Source: Camelus dromedarius
Taxonomy: Eukaryota
DNA: 64,000 nt
Assembly: GCF_036321535.1 (NCBI RefSeq)
Contig: NC_087446.1
Span: 39,990,001 to 40,054,000 of the forward strand
Reading direction: 5' to 3'
Shown in pieces: positions 24,715 to 36,870 of the stretch. Made by a program: the position numbers and the translations under genes. The notes under the pieces are model-generated. The model saw only the letters and a list, made by a program, of their open reading frames with translations. It was not told where the DNA came from and made no database searches. The first letter of the stretch is position 1. Each line of letters begins with the position of its first letter.

Positions 24715-24860
24715 TCCCATCCCTAAGCCCCTCCATTTTACAGGAAAAAGAACTGAAATTGAGACAGCTGGAGGAATTTGCCCAGCGTAACACAAGCAGA
24801 AAGTGATGCAGCTGGACTTTGGATCCTAGGTACCTGGGCTGTACATCCTTGAGAGAAGGA
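24715..24860 (-). mobile_element. MIR SINE
   Basis: ccattttacaggaaaaagaactgaaattgagac...ctggactttggatcctagg. Confidence 0.6.
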
Positions 24861-25269
24861 TGATCTCATAACTCAACATCCTTCACAGCCCTCAGCCCAG
24901 TGCCTTATTCATACTCAGTAAATATTCGTGGAAGAATTGAGTCCCCAACCCAGCAAATAGAAGTCAGACAGGATAAATGCTGCAGTGGAGTCCATGCAGA
25001 GAGCTCCGGATGCGCAGGAGGGAGATATTCATTCTGGCAGAGAAAACTTTCAGTGGAATTATTAGCAAGTCTCCTGGGCAGAGGCCCAGGTGAGCCCAAG
25101 AACTGGCCTTGGGTCTCCATACATCTCCATGGTGGAAAGGAATCCTCTGCTCCTGTACCACTTAGCCCTGAGGGAGTGGGCAGGGGAGGGGCTGCTGGCA
25201 ACTCTGCCTCTGCTCAGCCCACCTTCCCAGTACCCCTTTCTCTGCTTCATTGGAGTGATTCTTTCTTTA

Positions 25270-25415
25270 AAAAAAAATTCTTTTTGTTTTTTGTTTTTTG
25301 TTTTTGAGGGGGAGGTAATTAGATTTATTTATTTTCAAATGGAGGTACTGGGGATTGAACCCAGGACCTTGTGCATGCTAAGCATGTGCTCTACCACTGA
25401 GCTATACCCTTCCTC
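25270..25415 (-). mobile_element. tRNA-Ala-derived camelid SINE (Vic-1-like), long form
   Basis: Reverse complement gggtatagctcagtggtagagcacatgcttagcatgcacaaggtcctgggttcaatccccagtacctcca...aataaataaatctaattacctccccc plus A tail; A box and B box intact. Confidence 0.9.
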
Positions 25416-26699
25416 CCAGAGCAATTCTTTATTCTCCCCTCCTCTGCTCCTTTTCCAAATCGGAAGCTTTCAGCTCCGCTTGGTCCTTTGCCTCTTCTGT
25501 TTCCTGTCTCTTAAGGCCCCTGCCTCACTTCCCCACAGAAAAGCCCGGGCTTCAGAACTGCCCTAGATGTCTAACCTACATTTCCTTCCCCTGCTGCTTG
25601 CACCTGTCAGGCCCCTCTTGGAACTGCAAACAATTTCTGCCCTGCCCTACAGTTGGGGGTAAATGCCAAGGCCTTGCTCACATTCTCTCCTGCCTCCTCA
25701 CCCTCCAGTGCTGGGACCCTCCCCACACTGAGCCAAGATCGGGCTTTCAAATCCTCTTTGCACATTGGAGTTGGTGGGTGTGGTGTGAGGGGCAGCACTT
25801 TTCCTCACTGCTCTCATTCCTCCTGGCCTGCTGGCGTTCCTGGTCCCCGACATCATAGCTCCTCCCAGACTGCTGGGACAGGGCTTCTTAGCCACCCTGC
25901 CTGCAAGTGATGCTTAATGTACATAAAGTGAACCTCAGAAGAGCATTTGCTTTCTGGGCCCTGGCAGAGTAAGATGGGCTCAAGCTCGCGGCTTCTTGGC
26001 TCATGGCCCTGAATTGTCTCATGCTTTTTCTGTAGGCACCGCTCAGCTAAAACTTTTTGGAGCAGAGTCCCTCTGGGATGAATTGTCTGTTAATGCACAT
26101 ATCAGAGACTCTGGTATCCAAACTCACGTGAGAGGTAGGCTGTTTTTTCTCTTGGGCCCTGAGTGAATGTTCCCAGATGGAGCAAGTAGGCAGCTCTGGG
26201 GAGAGATTAAGACTTTTTGGCCTCTTCTGGTGTTTGGAACAGAGAGAGTCTGGTGAGAGGACACAGAGAAACCATGTAACTGGCATCTCAGCTGCTATGA
26301 CTGAGGAACCTCCCTGAAATGTTTCTTGATACAACCTACTTTAGCGTCAGGGTTTGCCTTTTAAACAGAACAGAACAGAACAGCAACAGCAACAAAAACC
26401 AAAGCCAGTTAGTTCCTCAGCATGGGCTGGTGGAGCACTTCCAGAGGAGGAGAGAGGGTCCCAGGCCCCGTTCTGCCTCTCACTGGCTGTGGAACCCTCC
26501 GCAGGTCTCTGGACATCTCTGGGCTCCGATTCCTCATCCATAACGTGGTGATATTCATCCTTTAGTTGCTGGAAGCAAGGAGCTGGGCCAGATGGTCTTG
26601 GGAGACTCCTCACCACACCAGGATCCGGGATCCTCTCCCTTCTCCCTCCACTGACATGTACCCAGCCAGGCGATTCTTATTTGTGGACTTCTCTTCCTC

Positions 26700-27250
26700 T
26701 GCCTGGGAATCCCATGCACGCTAGCAGTGTTCCCCTCCTGCTCAGAAATTTGCCTGCGGCTTCCTTCCTGTCACCCTTAGAGGAAAGTACAGAGTTCTGG
26801 CCTGGCCTGAGGCTCTGTGTGGTCCAGCCTGGCTACCTCTTGAGTCCCAGGGCCCTCCCCCTTGTTCGTGGCTTTCCAAGCCCCAGGGCCTGTTTTGCTA
26901 TTTCCTGAAGATGACAAGCAGTTCCCAGCTACCAGGATGGCACCCCCAGACACTCTGTGGATCCCATCCTCACTTCGGTCTGGAGTTTTCTTGCCTCCTC
27001 AGAGATGCTTCCCTGATCATTCTGTCCAAAATGGCTCTCCCCTTCCACATCATCCCACCCCCAGCCAGTCCCCTCTGTCCTCTTGCCAGGCTATATGTTC
27101 GTTCCTGGGGCTTGTGTTACAAACATACTGATTCTTTTGTTCCACTCAACTCCATGAGGGCCAGGCTTTCTCCATGGATCACCACGGTATTCCTGGGACC
27201 TAGAACTGTTCCCTGCATGTGATTGTGGGCCCCGAATAAATATCTGATGA
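26700..27250 (+). mobile_element. L2 LINE 3' fragment
   Basis: ctccatgagggccaggctttc...cctgggacctagaactgttccctgcatgt...aataaatatctgatgaat. Confidence 0.6.
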
Positions 27251-27344
27251 ATTTGCATCTATGCTGCAGACCCTCTGAGACTAACAATCAGAAATACAAC
27301 TGCTATGGCCTGTAATTAGCAGTGTCCACCTCTATTGTGGGTTT

Positions 27345-27530
27345 GCAATAATGATCATAGCTGCCTCTTATTGAGTGATTGCCATTTCCAGGCATGTGTG
27401 TTCTTTTATTCAGGCCTATGTCAGCTGAATGTGGAGATACTATTAAGTGGCCCCATTTTACAGGTGAGGGGCTTAGAAGTGTAAGGGGGAGGTCCTTCAT
27501 TAGAGCCCAGGCCTGTCTGACTCCAGAGCC
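27345..27530 (-). mobile_element. MIR SINE
   Basis: ttattgagtgattgccatttccaggc...ccccattttacaggtgaggggcttagaag...gtctgactccagagccc. Confidence 0.7.
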
Positions 27531-27761
27531 CAATACCTCAACCACTGCCCTGTTCTCCTGCTCTTTTGTTGGGGGAAGAGTCAGTGGCTGTGACCAAGAC
27601 TCAGACACAAAGATGTGCTATGCAGTCCAGAGGACCCCTTTAGGACTGAGGCCACCCTCACTATTGGGAGTGATGCTGGTACTCATAGCCCTCTTTGGAA
27701 ATCACCTGTGTTCAAAAGAGTATCTGGGCTGAAGTCATTTCTCCTCCATAGGCAGTCCTCA

Positions 27762-27969
27762 CTACTACTATATAAAAAATAGATAAACAACAAGGACATA
27801 CTGTATAGCACAGGGAACTATATTCAATATCTTGTAGTAACCTATAATGGAAAAGAATCTGAAAAAGAATACACACACACACATAAAACTGAATCACTTT
27901 GCTGTACACCTGAAACTAATACAACATGGTAAATCAACTATACTTCAATAATTAAAAAAAAAAAAAAAA
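27762..27969 (+). mobile_element. Artiodactyl L1 3' end with poly(A)
   Basis: agataaacaacaaggacatactgtatagcacagggaactatattcaatatcttg...aaatcaactatacttcaata plus A tail. Confidence 0.92.
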
Positions 27970-29089
27970 GCTAGGCCCCTCACTCATCAGCTCAGGACAA
28001 CTGTGAGGGTCGTCCCAGCTTCTGAGCACCAGTGGGCTGGGCAGAGGCAACTTCTCCCTCTGTCCAGCCTTGCTTCTCACTTTCCCTTACGCAGGGACTG
28101 AACCCAAGAGCACTCCTTTTCCTCTCTGTATGTAAGTCCTATGCAGACATCTCCACATATTCATCTCCATTCACATTTCAACTTCTCAGGGAACTCACCG
28201 AGCCACATGGACTCCCCCGCGCATCCCCTTGGAAGTGTCTTGGGTCTTGGACAGCCAGCATGTGCTGGTTGAAGGCTTAGGACTGTTCACTGATAGTGAT
28301 GACCAGATGGAAGGGACTGTCAAGTGTCAGACTCAGTATGGTCTCTCCTTGTGGTTCTGAGTCGTGATGTTCCACTGATGAGATGAATAACTCTTTGCAC
28401 AGCTGCTGTGAGCCCCATACCGTGGTTTTCTTAGGAAATGCTTGTTGAGAACTGGGAATAAGAGAGGCAGAAATTGGATTGCCCTTTTCAGATTTCACAT
28501 CAGCCTACACAGGAGATGGAAAGACCTTGTTTTGGGTGGGCAGTGGGATGTGGCCAAGTGTAATACATAATTCACCTTCTGGGTGTTCAATGCTTACGTC
28601 TGATGGCTTCCATTATAGCCCTGTCCCAGACTCCTTTTAATACCTTTCTAGTTTCCAGCAGGACCATGACACACAATAGATGTTCAAGAAGTGTAGGAAG
28701 AAGATAAATGAATTGGCAGGGAGGGAAGTAACAGGGACCAAGCGAAGGGAGAAATTAGGGAATAGTCTCATCATGGACTTCAGGAAACCTATCACTTGTA
28801 CATATCTCAAACATCAGTGAAGTGCCCACTTTGTAAAGCCAATGCCAGGGGCTGAAATATCAGATGATTCAGCCACAGTCACCCAGCCTTGGACATGTCA
28901 CTTAACGACAGTCTTTGGCTAGGCTGTATTCAGACATGGTATGTTAACCTAATGTCACATAAAGTTGGGGGGATGCAGTTGCTCCCTCCTTACATCTCAC
29001 CTGCTTATGCCTTTGCCTCCCTTTACTTAACACATCAGTTAGCATGACCAGACTACTACCACCACCCCTGTTACTTGTTGAGCTCTTCC

Positions 29090-29240
29090 CATATGCCAGA
29101 CCCTTACAGCAATTTATAGACACTATTTAATTGAATCCTTATACCAACTCTATAAAGTGGGTACTGTTATTATCCCCGTTTTATAGATGAGGACCTGAAG
29201 CTCTGGGAGGTCCAAGTTCTCATATCAAGTAAGCGGTTGG
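29090..29240 (-). mobile_element. MIR SINE
   Basis: gggtactgttattatccccgttttatagatgaggacctgaagctc. Confidence 0.75.
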
Positions 29241-29624
29241 TGGATGCAGCCCATCCTCTTGGTGCGTCTTCATCCCTTGTACCTCCTGGTTCCAGTTCCA
29301 CACAATGGCCCTGTTTTCCCTTTCTCCTCCCTGTCCAGACTGTTCATGCCCAAATCTACAAATGTGCTGGCCCCTTTTGCCTTTGGGAATGAGAGTGGAT
29401 CTTTTGTCATTTGTGCAAATGTCCCCTGACAGGGTTTTGGCTGCATGCCCCACCCTGTGGACAGACATCAGGGTTCCCCAGGAGGCTGAATCACAGGAGT
29501 CACTGGGATGCTGCCTCCACTTGTTGTGGAAGCCTTCCTGCTCTTACAGCACAGAGTGACAGAGGCTGCCAGAAAGAATTCAAGAAGTCCGATTTCTGCT
29601 CCCAGCGGCAGCCAGGGTAGGGTG

Positions 29625-29830
29625 GTGGATAAGCATCAGAGCTGGCTAAGGTGACATTCTGGGTTGATCACCTATCTGCTGGGTGACCTTGGACAAGTTA
29701 CCGAACCTCTCTGTGCCTCCATTTCCATTTCCCTTTCTAAACAATGGATATTACAACAGTGCCCTCCCTGGTGATTGTTGGGAGAGTAGATGAGCCACGG
29801 CGTTCAAAGCACCAGTTGCTCCAGCTGATG
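29625..29830 (+). mobile_element. MIR SINE
   Basis: ctgggtgaccttggacaagttaccgaacctctctgtgcctccatttcc. Confidence 0.75.
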
Positions 29831-30064
29831 TGAGGTGAGGGCTCTGTGAACAGTTGTTTTTAGCATTGTTCTCAGTATTGGCAGACAAGCCATCAATTGA
29901 ATCCCCTCTCTCATCTCCACCATCCGTTCCTTAATATTAGTCACTTCCACTGCCAGCAAAGCCTTGTGCCGGGGCAGTGGGAGGCAGAGATGACAAAGAC
30001 CAATCCAGCCTTGAGCTTACAGAGCCTTCCAGAGGAATAAGGATCTGTGGGTCCAGTTGCTGGG

Positions 30065-30200
30065 AAGCCTTGGCCTTGAGTCCCGCCTCCACTCCTAGCT
30101 GTGTAACTCTGGGACAAGCTGATTTCTCGGAGTCCCAGATTCCTTAACCAACCTAGGCTTCCTTGCATCCACCCTAACCCGTCACAGTGCTGTGTCTGGC
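30065..30200 (+). mobile_element. MIR SINE
   Basis: gagtcccgcctccactcctagctgtgtaactctgggacaagctg. Confidence 0.6.
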
Positions 30201-31006
30201 CACAGTCCAGAGAGCAGGCAAACCTCTACCATCTATGTACTTTGTAGCAGCAGAATTCCACGGCTCCTGGCAGCCCTGGAATTGACAATATTGGGAGTCA
30301 CCTGTGACACTTAAAGGACCTGCCTTTAACTCTGGCGGGCATGCAGAGCAACAGAATGGGTTCTCAGTGCCAGCAAATGTGTTCCGAACTGAGTGCTGGT
30401 AAACTGACGCAGGATCTATGAACGGATGTCACTGGCCTGCTGTTTTGTGTTTTATCACCAAAGATTGTGGAAGATTGGGAGCTCTTATTTCAGTGAATGC
30501 TTTATGGTTTTCATTACTCCCTTGAATCTCTGCATAATTCGCTGGGGTTAGAGACGGAGTGCCTTTGTTTGTTTGCATTTTTTTCCCCTTCTGTGTAACC
30601 CAGTAAAAATCAATAAAAGGCCAGCAAATGAAAGCCCTGTCCATGCCAGAGCTTGGCTGTGTGTTGCCGCAGGACTGAGTGGGCCCCCTTCTAGGTCTGA
30701 GAACAGTTGTGTGGTTCATGCTGCGAGAGCCTGACCCTGAGTTTCTGCTCCAGTGTAGACTCATGGAGGTTCTTGGGGATTTAGACCACACCCTGTATTT
30801 ACAGATGGGGAAACTGAGACCAAGAATTAGGAAATGACCTGTCTGAGGCTGACTTACCTAACATCTACCAAACCCCATCCCCTGAGTCACTTGCCAGATT
30901 ATTTTTGGGTGTCTGCCATGTGTAGTTAGCCAGGATCAGGGAGTGGCCTTGTTTCTTTCTTTGCATTTTTCCTTTTTTAACACTAAGCTGAGCTGACATC
31001 CTGGCA

Positions 31007-31271
31007 CAGTGGTCTCTAAATCAGGATCTACGCACCGGTGTGCAGGATGGTGCACCAGGGTGCAGGAGGAACATTCCAGAACATCTCTTGCCAGTAATTT
31101 TTCTTCTCATCCTTTCAGTATTTCTATATTTTGTTCCTATTTTTTAATGAACTATATAATAAGGTAGTACAGCAGTGATTAGGATAGTCTCTAATTAAAA
31201 ACATATTCATATACTGGGGAGGTATCCTCGAAATTATAGGGTATATGATCAGAAAATTTTGGAGACCATTG
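31007..31271. mobile_element. hAT-Charlie-type MITE (subfamily not assigned)
   Basis: Terminal inverted repeats cagtggtctctaaa (31007) and ttttggagaccattg (31271). Confidence 0.75.
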
Positions 31272-31279
31272 GTTTAGTG

Positions 31280-31525
31280 ACTGACCACATCCGTGACCAC
31301 TCAAATAGAGCCCCCCCCCGTCATTCTCTTTCCCTCTCCTCTACCTTTGTCTCCATTGTTCTCCCTGAGATGATACTGTATTTTTGTTGCTTTTTTGTTT
31401 GTCTCCTTCACTAGAATATCAGCTCTGTGTGGTTGGAGAGAGACTTTGGTTTGCCCATTGCTGTCTCCCTAGCTCCTGAAGGCTGGGCATGTACTCAGCA
31501 AGCAATAAATACCTGCTGAAACAAA
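31280..31525 (+). mobile_element. L2 3' end
   Basis: gtttgtctccttcactagaatatcagctctgtgtgg...gcaataaatacctgctgaaacaaatgaa. Confidence 0.7.
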
Positions 31526-31934
31526 TGAAGGGGTGGGGAGACACTGAGGACAGGGAGACACTGAGGACAGATATACACACACGCCCACCAGAGTGGGCTA
31601 CACAAAGGGTCTGGGGAAGTGCCAGGTTCTAGGAGGACACAGAGGGCGCATGTATCCCAAGCCTTAGGAGACTCTTGCTAAGCTGGAACCCTGAGCTGGA
31701 ACCTTCAGGGTCAAGAAAGACAAAAACTTCAGGTGAAGAACAGCAAAGGCAAATGGTGGAAACAAGGAAGGACAGGGTCTTCCAGAAGTTTCCGAGGGAC
31801 TAGAATTTAGTGTGTGGATCAGGGAATGGCCAGAGTGAGGCTGGAAAGGAGATTAGATCTGATCACCAAAGGCTTCCTCATTGTTTCTAGGAGTTGAGGC
31901 CGAATCCTGAGGGCAAGGGAGAACTATTGGGACC

Positions 31935-32165
31935 TTGGTGGTGTGCGGAGTAGGGACTTAGCAACCAGATTGCCTGGATTCTCATCCGGGCTCTGTCACG
32001 GCAAGATGTTTAACCCCTTCTGCCTCCACTCCTTCATCTGTAAAATGGGGATGATAATTAGGATCAGCCTCAGCAGCGTGTTGTGAGGATTAAATGGGCT
32101 AATTCATGTAAATCACAGAGCTCGTCTCTGGCATGGAATAACTTCTCTGTAAGCCTTACTTCAAT
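31935..32165 (+). mobile_element. MIR SINE
   Basis: cctccactccttcatctgtaaaatggggatgataattagg...ttgtgaggattaaatgggctaattcatgtaaa. Confidence 0.8.
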
Positions 32166-32264
32166 GAATGAATAATTTGCATATCCTACTGTTTTCCTGG
32201 GGTTAAATCGTGACCAAATCATTCATAAACCACCGTGGCATGGCTCTTGCATTCTAATTCAGTG

Positions 32265-32610
32265 AGAAAAATAATAAATGAATAAAAACATTAACAAGAG
32301 CAAATCGGCCAGTGACAAGACTAAGAGGAGAATTAGAGCAGGGATGTACAGAGGTGCCTGGGGCTTCCTCGGGTTGGGCATCCAGGAAGGGCCTCCCAGA
32401 GGAGGTGACTTAACTGCAGCAAGATTGAGTATCTGCCAGGGCCCAGAAGGATCAGTGTGTTTGGGGGAAGCGGGGTTGGGGGGACTGTGATGGTCAGGAG
32501 GGGTTCAGGTAGAAGGGCAACACAGGGTTTAGGAGGTGATGGGATTTGGCTCCTTTTAAAAAGGTCCTTGTGGCAGCTGCCTGAACTCATTGCAGAATGG
32601 GAAGTAAGAT
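32265..32610 (-). mobile_element. L2 fragment
   Basis: gggcctcccagaggaggtgacttaactgc...gggatttggctccttttaaaaaggtccttgtggc. Confidence 0.45.
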
Positions 32611-33029
32611 GAGATGGAGAAAAAGATATGTTTGTCTGTGTCCTTCTTCTGATGACACTTCATTGCTACCAGTGCCCTTGTGTTGTCTCCCCAACCCGTG
32701 TCATGCTCTGATGCTCATTCAGGTGAAGGTCCAAATGATCACAAATAGCTTACTTAGTGATTCTTAGTTTGGGGACAAGATCAGCCAGTAAGTGACTACT
32801 GCATTGAGGGCGCAGACCCACTCCTGAAGCAGAGGCCTGTGGGCCTTCCCTGCTTCTGCAAGTGTAGCTGGCCTGGGACTGTCACTGTCTCCGGGGGGGT
32901 CTTCTCTCCACAGGTCTGACTTTTGCATTTATCCCTGGTGACACATTGACTCCTGGATTTTGGGTGGCTACCTGCTGCAGAGAGTAAATGAGCAGGCCCC
33001 AAAGCCAGGCCTCCTGGGGTGGAATCATG

Positions 33030-33200
33030 CTTCCACTCCTGCTGGCTGGGCAACCTTGGCAAATTCCTTAACCTCTCTGGATCCTAGTTGCCTCTATAAA
33101 ACGAGGCTAACAATAGTAACTACCTTACAGTCATTAGCGAGTTAATATCTATAAAGCACTTGAAATAGGGCCCAGCATAGAATAAGTGGTCGATGAGTAT
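33030..33200 (+). mobile_element. MIR SINE
   Basis: aaccttggcaaattccttaacctctctggatcctagttgcctctataaaacgagg. Confidence 0.7.
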
Positions 33201-33699
33201 TCACTATTACTATCAGTATTATTTTCCTGTCTATTCAAGGGGAGAAGTGCCTGCTCTTTGCCTACCTTTCAGAGATGGCGGTAGGATTAATGAGATAATG
33301 ATTGTCGACTGTTTGGAGCTTTGCAGAACAAAGGCGCTGCATAAATACACATGATTATTATTGTCATCTTTATGCTTTGCGGGTGGGCCGACTGTGTGGT
33401 TGGCTGATTTATGGAGATGGCGTGTCCCTCATTGATCTGAATTAGTGATAAGCAAATTTCAGATAGTAACAGTATCTTCCATCTGCTCTACAAGGAGGAC
33501 CAGCAAGAGAACCCCCACCCAGGCATCGTCCTAGTGTCCAGGCAGGTGTACATCCATTTACCATCAACCCAGTGATGAGCATCAGGCCCAGGCCATACTG
33601 GGCTTACTGGGCGGCAGACTGTAACCCTGCAGTCCCTCCGGGAGAGAGAAGAAAAGCATCCACCTTGTAAAAGCAGACCTAGCTGAGAGCTAATGTGTC

Positions 33700-33895
33700 C
33701 AGGGCGCTGGCAGAGTGACGGGCTGTGCTCTGAAGACTTCCTATGTACTGAAGTGTGTGATCTTCAATGTCCCATGACAGAGAATTCCATTTTACAAAGG
33801 AGAAAACAGAAAAGACTTGCTTTGGGTCATGTAGCCAGGAAGGGTGAAGCTGGGTTTCAAACTCAGGCAGCCTGGCTCCAGAGCCAACAACACCC
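33700..33895 (-). mobile_element. MIR SINE
   Basis: ccattttacaaaggagaaaacag...gggtttcaaactcaggcagcctggctccagagcc. Confidence 0.75.
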
Positions 33896-34041
33896 TTTAC
33901 TAGCATGTGGCCACTTCTAGCCAGAAAAAAAGCCCCCAAGTCTCAGTGGGTGGAGGAACAGGTTGACTGGGACCAATGGCACTGACCTAAAATTGAGATC
34001 CTGGTTGGGTTTCCATGGTTTCCAAAGTGCATCTTGGGAGT

Positions 34042-34421
34042 TGTCTTAGGTCAGGTTTCCTGGAAAAGAGACTAGGATTTGCTGTCAGGAGGATCATTGG
34101 AGAGGGACCCTGGGATCAACACAGGGAAGCAGAAATGGGCAGATGGGGAGGCTGAATTGCAACAGAGGTCTCTGCTAGTGCCGTGGGGGGCTCTGAAGCT
34201 GGAATGTCCCTTCAGAGCTATTCTCAGTCAGGGAAGGAGGCCAAGCCTTTGTACGTCTATGTGGACCAGCCATTAGATACAGCTGTCCTTGAGGGGACAT
34301 GACCTTGGGCAGGGCCCTCCCTTAGGCTGAGCAGTTCCTGGGAAGGGTCTCAGCAGCTGGGGCAGAGTGCCTTGAACCTGAAAAGGAGGCCTTGGGGAGA
34401 AGCCCCACAGGCTCCACTACA
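34042..34421 (-). mobile_element. LTR16-like ERVL solo LTR
   Basis: tgtcttaggtcaggtttcctggaaaagagact...ccacaggctccactaca, with TG...CA ends. Confidence 0.65.
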
Positions 34422-35664
34422 CAAGGCATTGCTGACTCTGACCAATTTTGTATCTTTTATTCACTATGGAGTCACTGCGGAGTCACTATGGAATCAGGAG
34501 TCATAACCAGAAGCCAAGAGACTAGCTTGAACTTTGTGTCTTTCTCAGCCCTGCACTGAATCACCACGTCATGCTTCTTCTCCTTGGGCACGTCTCTTTG
34601 TTGCCTTCCCCGCTCCCCATCGCTGTACCTGGGTGGGGCTCAGCAGGTCTCCCTGGACTGGATTTAGGCTCCAAAGCTCACTTGCAGGGCAGTGGAAATA
34701 AGTGCAGTCTTTCGGGGGAAGGGAAATGGTGAGAGTTAGTGGGATAATGTATATAGCTCCCAGCCCAGGGTCTGGCACAGGTAGAAACTACACACTAATT
34801 ATCTTTCTTCCTTCCTTGATGGCAATCATTGATTGATTGATTGATTGATTCTTTCTTTCTTTTTATCCTTCACTCATCCCACGGCCAGGCGTTAAGTGCC
34901 AGGTTCTGGGATACGGCAGTGAGAAGGCAGGCAATATGAGCTGTCTTCATGGAGTTTACCTTCCCCTGGGTAGACAGACAACAGACAAGTTAATACATGG
35001 ATGATTTCCAGTATTGATGAGTGCTGTGACAAAAATAAAGCACGGTATTGGGATAGCAACTGGAAAGCCTTTGAGTGACAAAAACAAGTTGGTGACTTAC
35101 ACATCTTTGCACTCCTGCTGCCTAATGCAGTCTCCCCGTACATGATAAATATTAGTTATTTGAGTATAACTGAATGACAGGCTGGCTTAACTGTCATTGT
35201 CAAGGTTGGGAAGCCTGTCTTTCCTTCCTGCCAGCCAGGGTGGGGTTCCATATAGCTTCTCCAGGGGTGTGGTGCCTGCTGACTCAGCAGTCCTCTGCCT
35301 GGCAGGGCTGAGATGTTCCTTGGAAAGCCTCCCACCTTCGTCCTTGCCCGGATACCCTGGAAGTGAGGATCTGAGCAGCTCTACTGTGATGACAGCTTGT
35401 GGGGCCCAATGGCTATGCACACCCTCCCTACAGCCCTCCCCAAGCCCAGACTCAAGTTGGGCAATCTTGTGAGAATGGGCAGTCTCCGCCATTTCCTGCT
35501 CCTTGCTGGGCTAGAGTGCCTGGTGAGAACAGCCCTGCCCCCACCCTCCTGCCAGTCCCACCCTCCCAGCCTGCACCAGGACCATGGCAGGCCTGGGAAA
35601 GGGGATCCTGGGGGCTTTAAAGATTCCATGGAGTTTCACAAAACTAGGTTTTGAGTCCGAAGTC

Positions 35665-36115
35665 TGAGTTCTGATCCTGATTCTGGTGTGTTTCTCTGGG
35701 TTTTAGTCCCTCATCTGTAAAATGGAGATAAGGTAAATACAGCCTTGCCTGCCTCTCACAGTTGTTCTCTCCTGCCTCAGGGCCTTTGCACAGGTGCTTC
35801 CCTCTGCTAGAATGCTCTTCCTCACCCCTTTCCCTTTTACCTAAAGGACTCCATTCCTCCTTCAAGCCTCAGCCAATCATCACACCTGCCTAACCAGTTC
35901 CCCATTGTCCACTCTCATGGGCCTACAGAGAGCTGCATTCCTCACCTTGGTCACTGATCAGTTGTCAGTTGGCATCTGTTTGTAGGATTCTTGGACCAGC
36001 GATGTCCTTATATGCCCAAGGAAGGCAGGCAGACTGCTGTCTTGTCCGTGGGTATATCCCCAGTGTGTAGCAGAGTGCTGGGCATATAGTAGATACTCAA
36101 TAAATTTTTGTTGCT
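35665..36115 (+). mobile_element. MIR fragment followed by L2 3' end
   Basis: ccctcatctgtaaaatggagataa; cagggcctttgcacaggtgcttccctctgctagaatgctc...atagtagatactcaataaattttt. Confidence 0.7.
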
Positions 36116-36537
36116 GAATAGCCATTCAGCAACAAAATGAGATTATGTAGGTGAAGACCTTTGTAAATGTAAAACACTAAACAAAAAGGGAGGTGTGTTA
36201 TTATCAATAGGATTGTAACCTTGACCTGGGGGAAACATCCTTTTATCTTCGGGGATTTCAGTGACTCTTCTAAACGTAAGAGAACACTTGCTCAATTCTG
36301 TCCCCTGTCAGCCGGTGCCCAGGACCCATGGTACTTTGGCCTTGGTTGCAGATAAAGCAAGGGGAGGCATTCCATAGCCCCCGGCAGGTCGGCTTGTTCA
36401 GCCTCTCCTGCTACATCCTTTTACTGCAGCTGCCACAAGCAGCTTTCTAACTGTGTCGTGTCACAGTGATATCCTTGGTATGTCACAGCAGCCTGGGCCT
36501 CCTGGGGTGGGAGGCTGAGAAGTAGAAGGAAATGGAA

Positions 36538-36568
36538 TGTGTGTGTGTGTGTGCGCACACACACTCTC
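36538..36568. repeat. (TG)n/(CA)n microsatellite
   Basis: tgtgtgtgtgtgtgtgcgcacacacact. Confidence 0.85.
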
Positions 36569-36694
36569 ACGCACAAGGGATGGTATGAATAAGATGGGCA
36601 CTGTGCTCCAAACCCACATTAAATCTTCACATCTTTGCTAGCCCACTCCTGCAGACAGGGCTCTCCAGCCCCTCTTGATATGAGGCAGTCTCTG

Positions 36695-36870
36695 TCCCTA
36701 AGTCAGTGAGTGTTCGTTGAGCATCTGCTGTGTGTCAGGTGCCTGTTTTGGTACTAAGGACTCAGTGGTGACAGTACAGGCAAGATCCTTGCCAGCTTGC
36801 AGGTGACTGTTCAGTGGGGAAGACAGATGTTAAATGAATCACCAGATGTAGTCATGATATGGTATCAAGT
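36695..36870 (-). mobile_element. L2 fragment
   Basis: gttgagcatctgctgtgtgtcaggtgcc...agatccttgccagcttgcagg...ggggaagacagatgttaaat. Confidence 0.6.

Noticed and set aside
25090-25566. 158-aa ORF
   Set aside because: It reads through an antisense SINE and its T-rich tail (EVLGIEPRTLCMLSMCSTTELY is SINE-derived)
34057-34065. GAS motif TTCCTGGAA in the LTR16-like element
   Set aside because: TTCN3GAA is expected many times per window and has no known family-level context here
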